A stretch of DNA of 64,000 nt from a bacterium (lineage in GTDB: Bacteria > SAR324 > JACQKK01), in contig OZ251219.1 of NCBI GenBank assembly GCA_965240465.1, positions 96,001 to 160,000 on the forward strand, given 5' to 3'. The notes under the pieces were generated by a model, which made no database searches, was not told the DNA's origin, and worked only from the letters and a program-made list of their open reading frames with translations. Position numbers and translations under genes: made by a program. This document shows positions 52,941-62,962 of this stretch, in pieces (position 1 is the stretch's first letter; every line of letters begins with the position of its first letter).

Positions 52941-53426
52941 TTACTTGTCAACATTGTCTTTACTAGCATTGTCTTTGCTAGCATTGACTTTGCCAGTTTT
53001 ATCCTTGCCTGCTGAGGCTTTTGCCGACTGTTTGTCTTTTGGGTGTTCTATGTTGCTGAAGGGGTCCTTGGGACTATCCACCAATACCGATATAGCCATA
53101 GAAGCAGAATCGCCACGACGAACTCCAGTAGGCAACACACGGCTGTAACCGCCAGCACGAGATTTATAACGCAACGCCAATTCTCCAAATAAGATTGCTG
53201 GAGCTTTTTTGCCTTTTACAAAACGCATCGCATGGCGACGAGCATTTAAATCTCCCCGCTTGCCTAGGGTGATCATCTTATCCACATAGCGACGCATTTC
53301 CTTAGCACGTGCCAAGGTAGTTTCAATTTTTTCATGTACCAACAAACTGGTAACTAGGTTGCGTAACATCGCTCTGCGATGTGATGGGTTCACCCCTAAG
53401 CTCTTTCCTTTTGCTAGATGTCGCAT
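52941..53426 (-). CDS. rplQ: 50S ribosomal protein L17 with low-complexity C-terminal tail
   Basis: MRH...HRRAMLRNL, TTLARAKE, R.GGYSR, RRGD. Confidence 0.98.
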   Translation of the reverse strand: MRHLAKGKSLGVNPSHRRAMLRNLVTSLLVHEKIETTLARAKEMRRYVDKMITLGKRGDLNARRHAMRFVKGKKAPAILFGELALRYKSRAGGYSRVLPTGVRRGDSASMAISVLVDSPKDPFSNIEHPKDKQSAKASAGKDKTGKVNASKDNASKDNVDK

Positions 53427-53475
53427 GGCGAATCTCCCTCTGCATCAAATAATGAATTGAAAGCAGTGATTGTTT

Positions 53476-54456
53476 TTAGTGGGTTTTCTCTCTATCTTCA
53501 GGCTGCATTCCCAAATGTAAATCCATACCATTTAGAATATCTTTAATTTCGTTCAAGGATTTACGCCCAAAATTCTTGGTCTTCAACATGTCCTGCTCAG
53601 ACCTCAATACCAATTCTCCAATGGTTTTAATGTTGGCATTCTGCAGGCAATTGATGGAGCGCACCGATAAATCCAATTCACTAACTGAGCGATCCCAATC
53701 TGCATTGACACTCTCATTCTGTTGATCCTTGCTTTTCACTATAGCATCAGCTTCTTCCTCATCAAAAGTGATAAATACATTCATGTGCTCTTTTAAGATC
53801 TTAGCTGAATAAGCTAAGGCATCTGAGGGTTGAAACGCACCATTAGTCCAAATTTCAAAAATCAAGCGGTCATAATCGGTACGTTGGCCCACGCGAGCGT
53901 TTTCTACTTCATAGTTAATACGCTTGATGGGTGTATGTACTGAATCGAGGTAAATAACATCGGCGGGTAGTTCTGGGAATTTGTTTTCTTCAGCAGGAAC
54001 ATATCCCTTATTCAAGGTGACAAAGATACGCATTTGCAATTCTGCCCCTTCATCTAGATTGGCGATAACATAATCGGGATTTTTAACCTCAACCTTACCC
54101 CCAGTAACAATGTCTGAAGCCTTGAGTATTGCAGGTCCGGCTCCAACCAATTCCATTTCGTGTACTCCTTCTTCCAGTTGTTTAAGTTGCAGGTTTTTCA
54201 GGTTTAGGACCAGCTGAACAACATCCTCACGGACACCGTTGATGGACTCAAACTCATGAGCGACCCCCTCTATTTTTACAGCCACCACGGCACAACCTTG
54301 CATAGAAGATAGTAGAACGCGCCTAAGAGCATGTCCTATGGTGATACCAAAACCTTTTTCTAAAGGCTCCACGATAAAGCGACCATAATCGGGAGAAGAT
54401 TTGATCAATTCAATGTTGTTAGGTTTTTGGAGATTTTCCCAATTTCTGGTGTACAT
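53476..54456 (-). CDS. rpoA: RNA polymerase alpha subunit
   Basis: EPLEKGFGITIG..LRR.LLSS, ARVGQRTDYDRL, LSVRS.NCL, NFGRKSL.EI. Confidence 0.99.
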   Translation of the reverse strand: MYTRNWENLQKPNNIELIKSSPDYGRFIVEPLEKGFGITIGHALRRVLLSSMQGCAVVAVKIEGVAHEFESINGVREDVVQLVLNLKNLQLKQLEEGVHEMELVGAGPAILKASDIVTGGKVEVKNPDYVIANLDEGAELQMRIFVTLNKGYVPAEENKFPELPADVIYLDSVHTPIKRINYEVENARVGQRTDYDRLIFEIWTNGAFQPSDALAYSAKILKEHMNVFITFDEEEADAIVKSKDQQNESVNADWDRSVSELDLSVRSINCLQNANIKTIGELVLRSEQDMLKTKNFGRKSLNEIKDILNGMDLHLGMQPEDREKTH

Positions 54457-54538
54457 TAAAATATCCTGAGTGTGGTGATGGTCAGAGAGGATCTAAGATA
54501 GACAAAGATTTTCGTTATAGAGGTCAAAAATATAATTA

Positions 54539-55168
54539 TTAACGTGAATAAAGTTCAACGATTAGTTGTTCTTGAATAGGCAGAGTTATTTCTTCTCGTT
54601 TTGGTTCTGAGATAACTACCCCTTGATAGTCTTGAAGGTTCACTTCAAGCCAGCTTGGTTGTGGTCTTTGTGCAGCAGTGGCGATGGATTCATTGATATG
54701 AGAATGCTGGCGACTTTTTTCACAGATAGAGATTACATCTTGGGTACGCACCACAATGGATGGTGTATTGGCACGTTTACTATTGAGGAGGACATGCCCA
54801 TGAGTGACAAGTTGCCGTGCTTGGCTACGCGAGGAGGCAAACCCCATACGATAGATGACATTGTCCAAGCGTTTTTCGAGCAACATGAGCAAGTTATTTC
54901 CACTCATGCCTTTTTTGCGTGCTGCGATAGAGAAGAAACGGCGGAATTGTTTTTCCAAAACTCCATAAATGCGTTTCACTTTTTGTTTTTCCCGCAATTG
55001 GATTCCGAACTCAGAACGTTTGGAGCGAAAGCCTAATTTGTGCATTCCGGGGGGGTGATTACGTTTCTCGATGGCACACTTGTCCGTATAGCAACGTTCT
55101 CCTTTGAGAAATAATTTAGTGCCTTCACGGCGACAGAGACGACAGACAGGGTCAGTGTAGCGAGACAA
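54539..55168 (-). CDS. rpsD: 30S ribosomal protein S4 (zinc-ribbon form, TTG start)
   Basis: CRLCRREG.KLFLKGERC, QLREKQK, RLDNV.YR, IVELYSR. Confidence 0.99.
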   Translation of the reverse strand: MSRYTDPVCRLCRREGTKLFLKGERCYTDKCAIEKRNHPPGMHKLGFRSKRSEFGIQLREKQKVKRIYGVLEKQFRRFFSIAARKKGMSGNNLLMLLEKRLDNVIYRMGFASSRSQARQLVTHGHVLLNSKRANTPSIVVRTQDVISICEKSRQHSHINESIATAAQRPQPSWLEVNLQDYQGVVISEPKREEITLPIQEQLIVELYSR

Positions 55169-55228
55169 GAGAGTTTATATCCTATACAAAGAGGTTGGAG
55201 GTAATGGGTTTCTGGTATGAGAAAAAGG

Positions 55229-55618
55229 TTATATGCGACGCATTTTTGGGGACTGGCAACCATTGTGAGGAATGGGGGTTATATCACGAATAAAAGAGAC
55301 CTTCATACCCTCACTAGCAAGTGCTCTTAAGGCAGCTTCTCTACCTGAGCCAGGGCCTTTGACGTTCACATCTACTTGTTGCATGCCGTGTTCGCGTGCC
55401 TTTCTAATGGCATTTTCTGCCGCAGTGCGGGCTGCAAAAGGAGTGCTTTTGCGTGAACCTTTGAACCCATTGGCACCAGTGCTTGACCAGGCAATAACGT
55501 TTCCTTTCATATCTGTGAAAGAAACAATGGTATTATTCAGAGTAGCCAAAATATGGCAAATCCCGACTGGAACATTTTTCTTTTCGCGCTTTTTGGTGCT
55601 TTTTTTAGATTTATCCAT
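55229..55618 (-). CDS. rpsK: 30S ribosomal protein S11
   Basis: [30 protein letters not shown]. Confidence 0.99.
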   Translation of the reverse strand: MDKSKKSTKKREKKNVPVGICHILATLNNTIVSFTDMKGNVIAWSSTGANGFKGSRKSTPFAARTAAENAIRKAREHGMQQVDVNVKGPGSGREAALRALASEGMKVSFIRDITPIPHNGCQSPKMRRI

Positions 55619-55744
55619 AGTTATTTGGGTGACGCAAGTAATTAATTATCGGTTAAAATCGTGGTTGTAAAATGATGAGATGTATCATATTTGGATGGTT
55701 AATGTTACCGAAACATATCACCATCTACGGTATTATTTGTGCTA

Positions 55745-56107
55745 CTAGCCTTTCCCTCGTCCTACCGAGCGGCCAGGCCCTTTACGAGTTCTGGCATTTG
55801 TTTTGGTTCGCTGTCCTCTAACAGGCAGTCCCCGGCGATGACGTAACCCCCGATAATTTCCTAAGTCCATCAGGCGTTTGATGTTCATTTGCACTTCGCT
55901 ACGCAGTTCACCTTCTACTTTGTATTCTTGAATAGCACTTCTTAATCGGGTAATCTGTCCATCGTCCAGCCGACTGGGGCGGATATTTTCATCTACATTT
56001 GCCTTGCTCAAAATTCGGGATGATGCGTGATAGCCAATTCCATAAACATAGGTCAGTGCAATAACCATGCGTTTCTCTGGTAAGTCTACACCAACAATTC
56101 GTACCAC
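55745..56107 (-). CDS. rpsM: 30S ribosomal protein S13 (GTG start)
   Basis: [42 protein letters not shown]. Confidence 0.99.
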   Translation of the reverse strand: MVRIVGVDLPEKRMVIALTYVYGIGYHASSRILSKANVDENIRPSRLDDGQITRLRSAIQEYKVEGELRSEVQMNIKRLMDLGNYRGLRHRRGLPVRGQRTKTNARTRKGPGRSVGRGKG

Positions 56108-56149
56108 GACAGATCCCTTTCTTCGTTTAGTAGCTTTATCATAAGTTTT

Positions 56150-56263
56150 TTAACCTTGGCGTTGCTTGTGGCGAGGGTTCTTGCAAATCACCCGCAGTAC
56201 TCTCTTGCGGCGTACCAACCTGCAGGAAGAACACATCTTCTTTACTGAAGACCTTACTTTCAT
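56150..56263 (-). CDS. rpmJ: 50S ribosomal protein L36 (zinc-binding form; below ORF-track cutoff)
   Basis: Hand translation [37 protein letters not shown]. Confidence 0.97.
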   Translation of the reverse strand: MKVRSSVKKMCSSCRLVRRKRVLRVICKNPRHKQRQG

Positions 56264-56398
56264 TATTTACCTTCGTCGCTCACCTTTGAATCAATCTCCA
56301 GTGATATACATTGCATCAAACATCTTGCATTCTCCACTTGCCCTGTTTAATGGACGCATGGGAATACCATCAAATCCTAAGCGGGCGACCAACAGAAC

Positions 56399-56427
56399 AT
56401 TCTCCATATATGGTTTGTGTGTGTCAA
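56399..56427 (-). promoter_or_regulatory. Candidate sigma70 promoter of the rpmJ-alpha operon
   Basis: Minus strand TTGACA-N17-GAGAAT, about 135 bp upstream of rpmJ. Confidence 0.55.
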
Positions 56428-56607
56428 GTAATAATTCCGATAATTGTACGCTTTACCATACAAAATAACGCAACCTCGTGTGTGTCGGTGGTGAAATAGT
56501 AGGCTTGTATGCAAGACGATTAGTATTGATACTTGCAAGATGAGCTGTTTTATATTACCGTGACCTCCTGCAGTAAAACCTGTTGTAGAATTTAAGAAGG
56601 TTTCCTG

Positions 56608-57927
56608 ATGTCTATAAATGTTGAAGTACTCACTAAAGGTCAATTTATGGGTGTTATGCCTTTCTCTGTGTATTGCTTACCCAATGGCATGAGTATTCTG
56701 TTGTTGCAAAATGAAATCAGCCCAGTGGTTTCTTCGTTGTTGTATTACAAGGTGGGTAGTGCCTACGAAAACGATTCCCAGCGTGGTTTGGCTCATTTTC
56801 TTGAACACATGATGTTTAGAGAAACAACATCCCACACTGATAGCAGTTTTGATCGCAGTGTATCAAGAATGGGAGGAGTAGGCCTGAATGCTTTTACCTC
56901 TTGTGATGCCACGGTTTATCTCGTAGAATTACCTACAAACAAATTACAAAATTTGCTGGAGCTGGAAGCTGATCGCATGGCGAATTTAAAGCTTGATGAA
57001 TCTCAAATTGATACAGAAAGAGGTGCCGTACTAGGGGAAATTGACATGTACAATGACATGCCTGTTACCCAGATTTACGACCGTATGATGGAAGAAGCTT
57101 TCTATCCGCATGTATACAGGCACCCGGTTATTGGGTATTGCGAACAAGTTAGGAATTTTAAGCAAGATGATTTTAAGCGTTTTTACAGAAGGTTTTACTC
57201 ACCTAATAACGCCTTCTTAGTGATAGCAGGTGGTTTTGAGGAAAAGCAGGTGATCGAGTGGATATGGTCTTCATTTGCCCACCTGAGTGCCAGCCGACCA
57301 CAAGAAGAAGCTTTACAAATAGAGCCTCGCACGAAAAGTGATCCTTGGAAGGAAAATCGCTGGGTTGAATTAAAGAATCCTTCGGTTCAAACCGAAACAT
57401 TGATCGTGAGCTGGCGTTCTCCCGGTGTTTTAAATGCAGATTATCCTGCTTTGACTCTGATGGCATCTTGGCTGGGAACGGGGCAGTCTTCGCCCTTATA
57501 TCAGGAATTAGTGCTAAGCGGCTTGGTAGCCAATTACACCATTACTCTACAAGAGCAAGAAATGTTGTGGCTCGACCCAGCTCTAATTATCATGGATGCC
57601 AGACTGAGTCCCGGTGTCTCTTCAGAACAGGTGAATGATAAGATTAACAAACTGCTACAAAAGCTGGTAAAAAACCCTCCCGGATCGGAAGACATGGCTC
57701 GTGCTCTTAATCAATTGCGTTTGGAGACGTATGCAGTAATAGGAAATAATTACAACATGTCCTGCATGCTGGGGGGAGGTTTCTTAACCCAAGGTGACCC
57801 TCTTTATTGGGAAAAACAACTACAGAATATAGAAAAGGTCACTGCTATTCAGGTACAACAAGTACTGCAAAAGTGGTTGCTGGATTGCCCCCAAATATGT
57901 GTTTGTCAACGCCATGTTCAAAAATAA
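56608..57927 (+). CDS. M16 family zinc peptidase, catalytic subunit
   Basis: GLAHFLEHMMF (HxxEH), NAFTS.D.T.Y, LEADRM, HPVIG, FYSPNNA. Confidence 0.95.
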   Translation: MSINVEVLTKGQFMGVMPFSVYCLPNGMSILLLQNEISPVVSSLLYYKVGSAYENDSQRGLAHFLEHMMFRETTSHTDSSFDRSVSRMGGVGLNAFTSCDATVYLVELPTNKLQNLLELEADRMANLKLDESQIDTERGAVLGEIDMYNDMPVTQIYDRMMEEAFYPHVYRHPVIGYCEQVRNFKQDDFKRFYRRFYSPNNAFLVIAGGFEEKQVIEWIWSSFAHLSASRPQEEALQIEPRTKSDPWKENRWVELKNPSVQTETLIVSWRSPGVLNADYPALTLMASWLGTGQSSPLYQELVLSGLVANYTITLQEQEMLWLDPALIIMDARLSPGVSSEQVNDKINKLLQKLVKNPPGSEDMARALNQLRLETYAVIGNNYNMSCMLGGGFLTQGDPLYWEKQLQNIEKVTAIQVQQVLQKWLLDCPQICVCQRHVQK

Positions 57928-57954
57928 TCTTAAACTACAACAAATGTCGTCACT

Positions 57955-59280
57955 ATGAATATCATTCATCAACACGCACTCACTAGTCGCATTAGCCAAA
58001 TTCAGCTAGTGCTACCACGCACCGGCTATTGCTTAGATCCCAATTCGCTAGACGGATTGACCCGTGTGACACTACGCATGCTAGAACAAGGTGCCGGAGG
58101 TATGGATGCACAAACCTTCAACGCCCAGTTGGAAAAATTAGGTGCCAACATTGGTCATACGCTCGCCAATGACCATATCAGAGTTTTCCTTAGCGTATTG
58201 ACAGAAAACATTGAAGTAGCAATAGAAATGTTCGCTAAAGCACTCTTTCAACCGAATTTTACCCAACAATGTTTGACACAACTGAAACAAGAACTCATAA
58301 GCACCTGGATTACCGAACGACAACAATCTAAGCATCTACGAGCGATAGAAGTTCTCTTTGTCAACCTCCACAAAGGAGGACCACAAGGAAAATCAGCAGA
58401 CGGTAACCCTACTGGAATAAATAATATCACTCTGGAAAATGTCCAAAGCCAGTATAAAAAGATTTTTGTCTCTCCAAAAGCCTTCTTTGCAATTGTTTCT
58501 AATCTTCCAAAAAAGCAATTGGAAACCATGCTGGAACCTTTGGAAAAATTTATTGCTACATCTAAACCTACACCATTTACTCATCCATGGGATGAGTATA
58601 ACCCACTTACCCCCCCAGGAAGGCGTGTAACCATTGTTCCTGAAGCAAATACCAACACTGATGAGATCCTCTTATCTCGCTTTGCTGCCAATGAATCCAA
58701 AAATGATTGGTACATCCAACAGCTAGCAAATTTCATCCTTGGTGGAAGTATGTTTTCACGTCTGTTTCATGAAATTCGCGGTAAACGAGGTTATTCCTAC
58801 GGTGCATCTGCCTCGCAAGACAATCGCAGTGGCAAAACACCCCGAAACGTAAATGCTCCTATCATTATTTACACCTTCCCCAGTGCCGATAAAACTATAA
58901 AGGCTCTACCTCTCGCCCTTAAAATTTATGAAGACTGGGCACAAAAAGGAATTACTCAAGAAGAACTTGATCTGGCTAGCAAATCCCTCATACAATCCTA
59001 CCCCTTCCAAAATAATACCCCTCATAAACAACTGGGCTGGCAAATAATACAACAATTATATGGAATTCAGATCACTCCTAAAGACAAATACCAGCAACAG
59101 CTGGAAGACCTTACCACTAAGGACGTTTTCAAAGCTGTTCAAGCAGTACACAATACCTCGGACTTGGAAATAGTACTGTTGGGAGACCAAAAAAGATTGA
59201 ACAAAGTGGTTGATTCCATCCATACCATTACAGAGGTACGTACTGTAAAATATCCCGAAGAAACAACTATCGCAGCTTAA
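57955..59280 (+). CDS. M16 family peptidase, non-catalytic partner subunit
   Basis: No HxxEH; ILGGSMFSRLF.EIR.KRGYSYG motif; tandem with the catalytic subunit. Confidence 0.88.
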   Translation: MNIIHQHALTSRISQIQLVLPRTGYCLDPNSLDGLTRVTLRMLEQGAGGMDAQTFNAQLEKLGANIGHTLANDHIRVFLSVLTENIEVAIEMFAKALFQPNFTQQCLTQLKQELISTWITERQQSKHLRAIEVLFVNLHKGGPQGKSADGNPTGINNITLENVQSQYKKIFVSPKAFFAIVSNLPKKQLETMLEPLEKFIATSKPTPFTHPWDEYNPLTPPGRRVTIVPEANTNTDEILLSRFAANESKNDWYIQQLANFILGGSMFSRLFHEIRGKRGYSYGASASQDNRSGKTPRNVNAPIIIYTFPSADKTIKALPLALKIYEDWAQKGITQEELDLASKSLIQSYPFQNNTPHKQLGWQIIQQLYGIQITPKDKYQQQLEDLTTKDVFKAVQAVHNTSDLEIVLLGDQKRLNKVVDSIHTITEVRTVKYPEETTIAA

Positions 59281-59316
59281 TTCCTACCTACAGGATTAAG
59301 CACTCCCTGCTGTGGG

Positions 59317-61167
59317 TTAGGTTATCTTGCTACAGAGTTTTTGCAGTTGCTGATGTCTGGTGTGTGAAATCTGGAAATCGGTTTTGATCTCAATCATTTC
59401 AATGCCCTTGTTCCGAGTCGTTTCAACGATGATGCGAGAAAGTTCCGCTAGGCTTGTTGGTTGATAATAGTCAATATCATGGGCTTGGGCTAGTTTTTGA
59501 AATTGAGTGTGGTGTGGGGCTAGAAATAATGATTTAAACTGGGGATGGTGCTTAATAGGCAGAGTATAAAAAATACCACCACCATTGTTATTTATGAGAA
59601 TAATTTTAAGGGGGATTTTTGTTTGTTGATTCATGCAGAGTACATTACTGTCATGGAGAAGTGCTGTATCACCGATGAGTAAGAAGGAAGACTTAGCATT
59701 ATGTTTTGCTGCTCCAAGAGCGGTGGAGATAGTGCCATCAATGCCATTGGTGCCTCTATTGGATAGGTGTGTAATGGGAGGAGCATTTTGAGGCCAGTAT
59801 TGTGAGAGGTATCTAAGGCAAAGACTGCTGGCAGTAAAAATAAGGGAGTGTTGAGGTATCAGGGACGCAAGCTGGATGATTAATTGACCTTCAAACCAGC
59901 TGTGTTGGGGAGGTTGGGGCAGATAAGAATTTTGCTGGAGATTTTGGTTGATGATTTGCTGAATATCCTGTTTAGCAGAAGAGAAAATAGAGAGCCACTG
60001 GGGATCTCTATGAGATTTATTGATGGAGTTAATGGACTGGAGGAGTTGTTTGATAGTAAGAGTTGGCTCCGCGTGCAGATGTTGAGAGTGAGGATGATGA
60101 TGATGATCGTTCCAGCGACCTTGGGGATCTATTATTGTTTGAGGTGTATCTGGCTGTGACAGTAGGCTATCTAGTTCAGCGTCCACGGGCATAGCCCCAA
60201 AGCGAAGGATATATTGTGGGGGCATAGCCTGTTGTACAGCTTTGGTTTGAAGTGTAGCACTGGGGTGTGGAATAAGGTTGGGATGGGTACCATTTTGCCA
60301 AATACCGCTTGAAGGTTCTGCAAAAATTGGCCATCCCAGCTGGTAAGCCAGCGAGGTAATGCTCTGTGCAAATGATTTGAGGGGAAAGGTAGTATCCAGG
60401 GTGGAGATAGGAGAATGAGGACCACCAACTATTATGCCTCTGGGGATATTGGATATAGTTTCCGCAAGGGATGAGAAAACTTTAAACGATAGTTTAGGGA
60501 TGGCTGGATTAGCAGAAACTTGCAGTGGGACGGAATAATCTTGTTGTAACAGTTGAGCAGCTATTTTTATTACCGAGGACGGTAATTTTTCAGCAGTCGT
60601 TGATGGTTCAAGTGGTTTTGGGAAAGGGAAGTTGATGTGAACAGGCCCTTGCGGAATACAAAGAGCTTTTTTAAGAAGTTTGGGTGCAAGACTAAATAGA
60701 GCAAGCAATGCTGAGGCAGTCATGCGAGGCTCACCTGGGTTAACGTGCCAGTGGTCGTAAGAGGCAAACATGCCATCTTGATGGGTGGTTTGATTAGCTC
60801 CACAGTGATGCAGTTGTGGTGGTCTGTCGGCTGAAATTACAATGAGAGGAATACAAGAGTTATGAGCTTCAACGATCGCAGGTAAGAAATTGGCAGGTGC
60901 TGTTCCGGACGTACAGAGTACTGCTACTGGTTTGTGGCTACTTTTTGCTATTCCCATGGCAAAGAATGCCGCAGAGCGTTCATCAATTATAAGATGAGTC
61001 CTTAAGCTAGTGTGAGCCGCACATGCCAAGGATATTGGTGCTGAACGAGAACCTGGACTAATACAAATATCGCGTATACCCGAAAGGCTTAGGGCATGAA
61101 CAAATATAGATGCCCATAAAGTATTGGCGTTGGCTAAATAATCGTGGTCACGAAAGGCGGTGAACAT
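59317..61167 (-). CDS. menD: SEPHCHC synthase
   Basis: SPGSRSAP, DERSAAFFA, TSGTA, ADRP, NRGTNGIDG, GD...NNNGG. Confidence 0.96.
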   Translation of the reverse strand: MFTAFRDHDYLANANTLWASIFVHALSLSGIRDICISPGSRSAPISLACAAHTSLRTHLIIDERSAAFFAMGIAKSSHKPVAVLCTSGTAPANFLPAIVEAHNSCIPLIVISADRPPQLHHCGANQTTHQDGMFASYDHWHVNPGEPRMTASALLALFSLAPKLLKKALCIPQGPVHINFPFPKPLEPSTTAEKLPSSVIKIAAQLLQQDYSVPLQVSANPAIPKLSFKVFSSLAETISNIPRGIIVGGPHSPISTLDTTFPLKSFAQSITSLAYQLGWPIFAEPSSGIWQNGTHPNLIPHPSATLQTKAVQQAMPPQYILRFGAMPVDAELDSLLSQPDTPQTIIDPQGRWNDHHHHPHSQHLHAEPTLTIKQLLQSINSINKSHRDPQWLSIFSSAKQDIQQIINQNLQQNSYLPQPPQHSWFEGQLIIQLASLIPQHSLIFTASSLCLRYLSQYWPQNAPPITHLSNRGTNGIDGTISTALGAAKHNAKSSFLLIGDTALLHDSNVLCMNQQTKIPLKIILINNNGGGIFYTLPIKHHPQFKSLFLAPHHTQFQKLAQAHDIDYYQPTSLAELSRIIVETTRNKGIEMIEIKTDFQISHTRHQQLQKLCSKIT

Positions 61168-61223
61168 GTAAAGAAGAGGTTTTTGGAGTGAAAATTTTTT
61201 GGATAAATTGTCAATAAATATGG

Positions 61224-62672
61224 TTATAGGGAAGGATTTATAGCTGATATCATGGGTTGGAGTTTCAATTGTAGCTCATGCCACTCATCCTGAGGTTTGG
61301 AGGCTTCCAAGATGCCTGCTCCTACAAATAAGTAGGCTTGATTAGGTCTCAGTAACCCGCAACGCAGGGCAACCGCAAACTCACCATGCCGAGGACCTTG
61401 TAGCCATCCAATCGGAGAAGCAAACCAACCCCGCTCAAATTGCTCTAATTCTGCAATGGCTTGTAATGCCTGTTCACGAGGATATCCTCCCACTGCAGGG
61501 GTGGGATGCAATTTGCCGAGTAAAGTCAATGGAGATATGTCACCACGTGGAAAAAAAACAATCGGGGTGTGCAAATGCTGAACATTAGCAAGTTGCATCA
61601 AGCAAGGCTCGGTAGAAAAACTAACCTCACCATAAGAAGATAACAAACCGGTTATTTCATCCACTACCACACGGTGCTCTTCCCTATCTTTAGCACTGTG
61701 GAAAAGACGTTGGGCGTACTGATTGTCATCAGCAGGATCACTACCTCTGGAGGCTGTTCCTGCCAGAGCACTCAAGCATGCTTTGTTTCCCTCAAAAGAA
61801 ATCAACCTCTCAGGTGAAGCCCCTACAAATATTCCATTCCCAGACTCAGCCCCAGTCTTAGACTCGGGCACAATGCAAAAACAATAGCAGTCTGGGTACT
61901 GCTTTCGTAATCGGGCACTAACTTGATAGGCATCCGTGCACACGGAATAGTACATTACTTGTGTCAAGACTGCCTTATGTAAATCGCTTGATGCCATCTT
62001 ATGCTGCAAGGCTTTTACCATCATATTCCAAGCATGCGATTGTTTCTCTTTACTCAATGCTTCCAGTTCACCAGTATTTTTCCACTCCACCTGAGACACT
62101 TCACTCTGGAACACAGAACTGAGCATTCTTAAACCCTCTTCCAGCCGGTTATGTACGACATTTGATTCATCCATGGTTTCTACCCAAGACTGCACCATGC
62201 CCCACAACTTGTTACCACGACGCACCAAAGCTACTTTTGGTAAAATCATCCGAGCTACTCCAAACTCAGACCATAAATCATCTGTAACCTCAGAGAAAAA
62301 AGAAAATCCACCCACTAGTAACGGATACTCCACTGCCCCCTGAAAACCAGAACCGCATACTGCTTCTTGCTGTAATCTCTCAACCTGAGTTGCCAATTTC
62401 TCAAAACGCTCATCCCCTTTAGAGCTCAACACATGGCTACTTCCGCCTGTAGCTAAGCCCTCGTTCACACTTGGGTGTTCCCAGTAAAAAGAATTTCCCT
62501 CTAAATCTTGCAAAATCCGAGCACAATTTAATATATCAACCCCTTGAAATTGCGATAGATCTATCATCTGTACTACAGCACAACCCCTTCCTAATCTAAC
62601 TGCCTGTGCTAACCCTCGTTCACATAATCCGCCTAGATCAGGAACACGAATTTGTACCATATCACACCACAC
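61224..62672 (-). CDS. menF: Isochorismate synthase
   Basis: GASPERL, ALAGT, KDREEH.VV, NVQHL.T, LHPTPAVGG, GEFAVALR, GAGI; co-oriented upstream of menD. Confidence 0.92.
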   Translation of the reverse strand: MWCDMVQIRVPDLGGLCERGLAQAVRLGRGCAVVQMIDLSQFQGVDILNCARILQDLEGNSFYWEHPSVNEGLATGGSSHVLSSKGDERFEKLATQVERLQQEAVCGSGFQGAVEYPLLVGGFSFFSEVTDDLWSEFGVARMILPKVALVRRGNKLWGMVQSWVETMDESNVVHNRLEEGLRMLSSVFQSEVSQVEWKNTGELEALSKEKQSHAWNMMVKALQHKMASSDLHKAVLTQVMYYSVCTDAYQVSARLRKQYPDCYCFCIVPESKTGAESGNGIFVGASPERLISFEGNKACLSALAGTASRGSDPADDNQYAQRLFHSAKDREEHRVVVDEITGLLSSYGEVSFSTEPCLMQLANVQHLHTPIVFFPRGDISPLTLLGKLHPTPAVGGYPREQALQAIAELEQFERGWFASPIGWLQGPRHGEFAVALRCGLLRPNQAYLFVGAGILEASKPQDEWHELQLKLQPMISAINPSL

Positions 62673-62962
62673 CTAGAGCTAAACTCTCTAACTAACCTAC
62701 CCATTAACTTGTAATACATACTGCCTAATCACTATTATCATTAGTCAGTTAACCACGAATTTATTCATATCGTCTCATTAATTTTTAGCAAAACCCCGAT
62801 TACAAAACCATCATGCCTCTATTAAATATGAGAATCTCATTCTGTTACAAACACCCCTCGCTGTAAAAGGCATGATAAACTACTTCTTGTTAGCATTCTA
62901 ATAAGATTTGATAAAACCAACCCAGCACTACAATAACCACCACCACCCAACCCCCGCCCGCT

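Noticed and set aside
14932-53286. Perfect DnaA boxes at 14932 (reverse), 28510 and 53278
   Set aside because: Isolated, inside coding sequence and not clustered at an AT-rich intergenic region, so no oriC is supported
56166-56643. Short ORFs (100, 62 and 88 aa) and a possible infA upstream of rpsM
   Set aside because: They overlap rpmJ, its promoter or the M16 gene start; no IF-1 motifs were seen upstream of rpmJ
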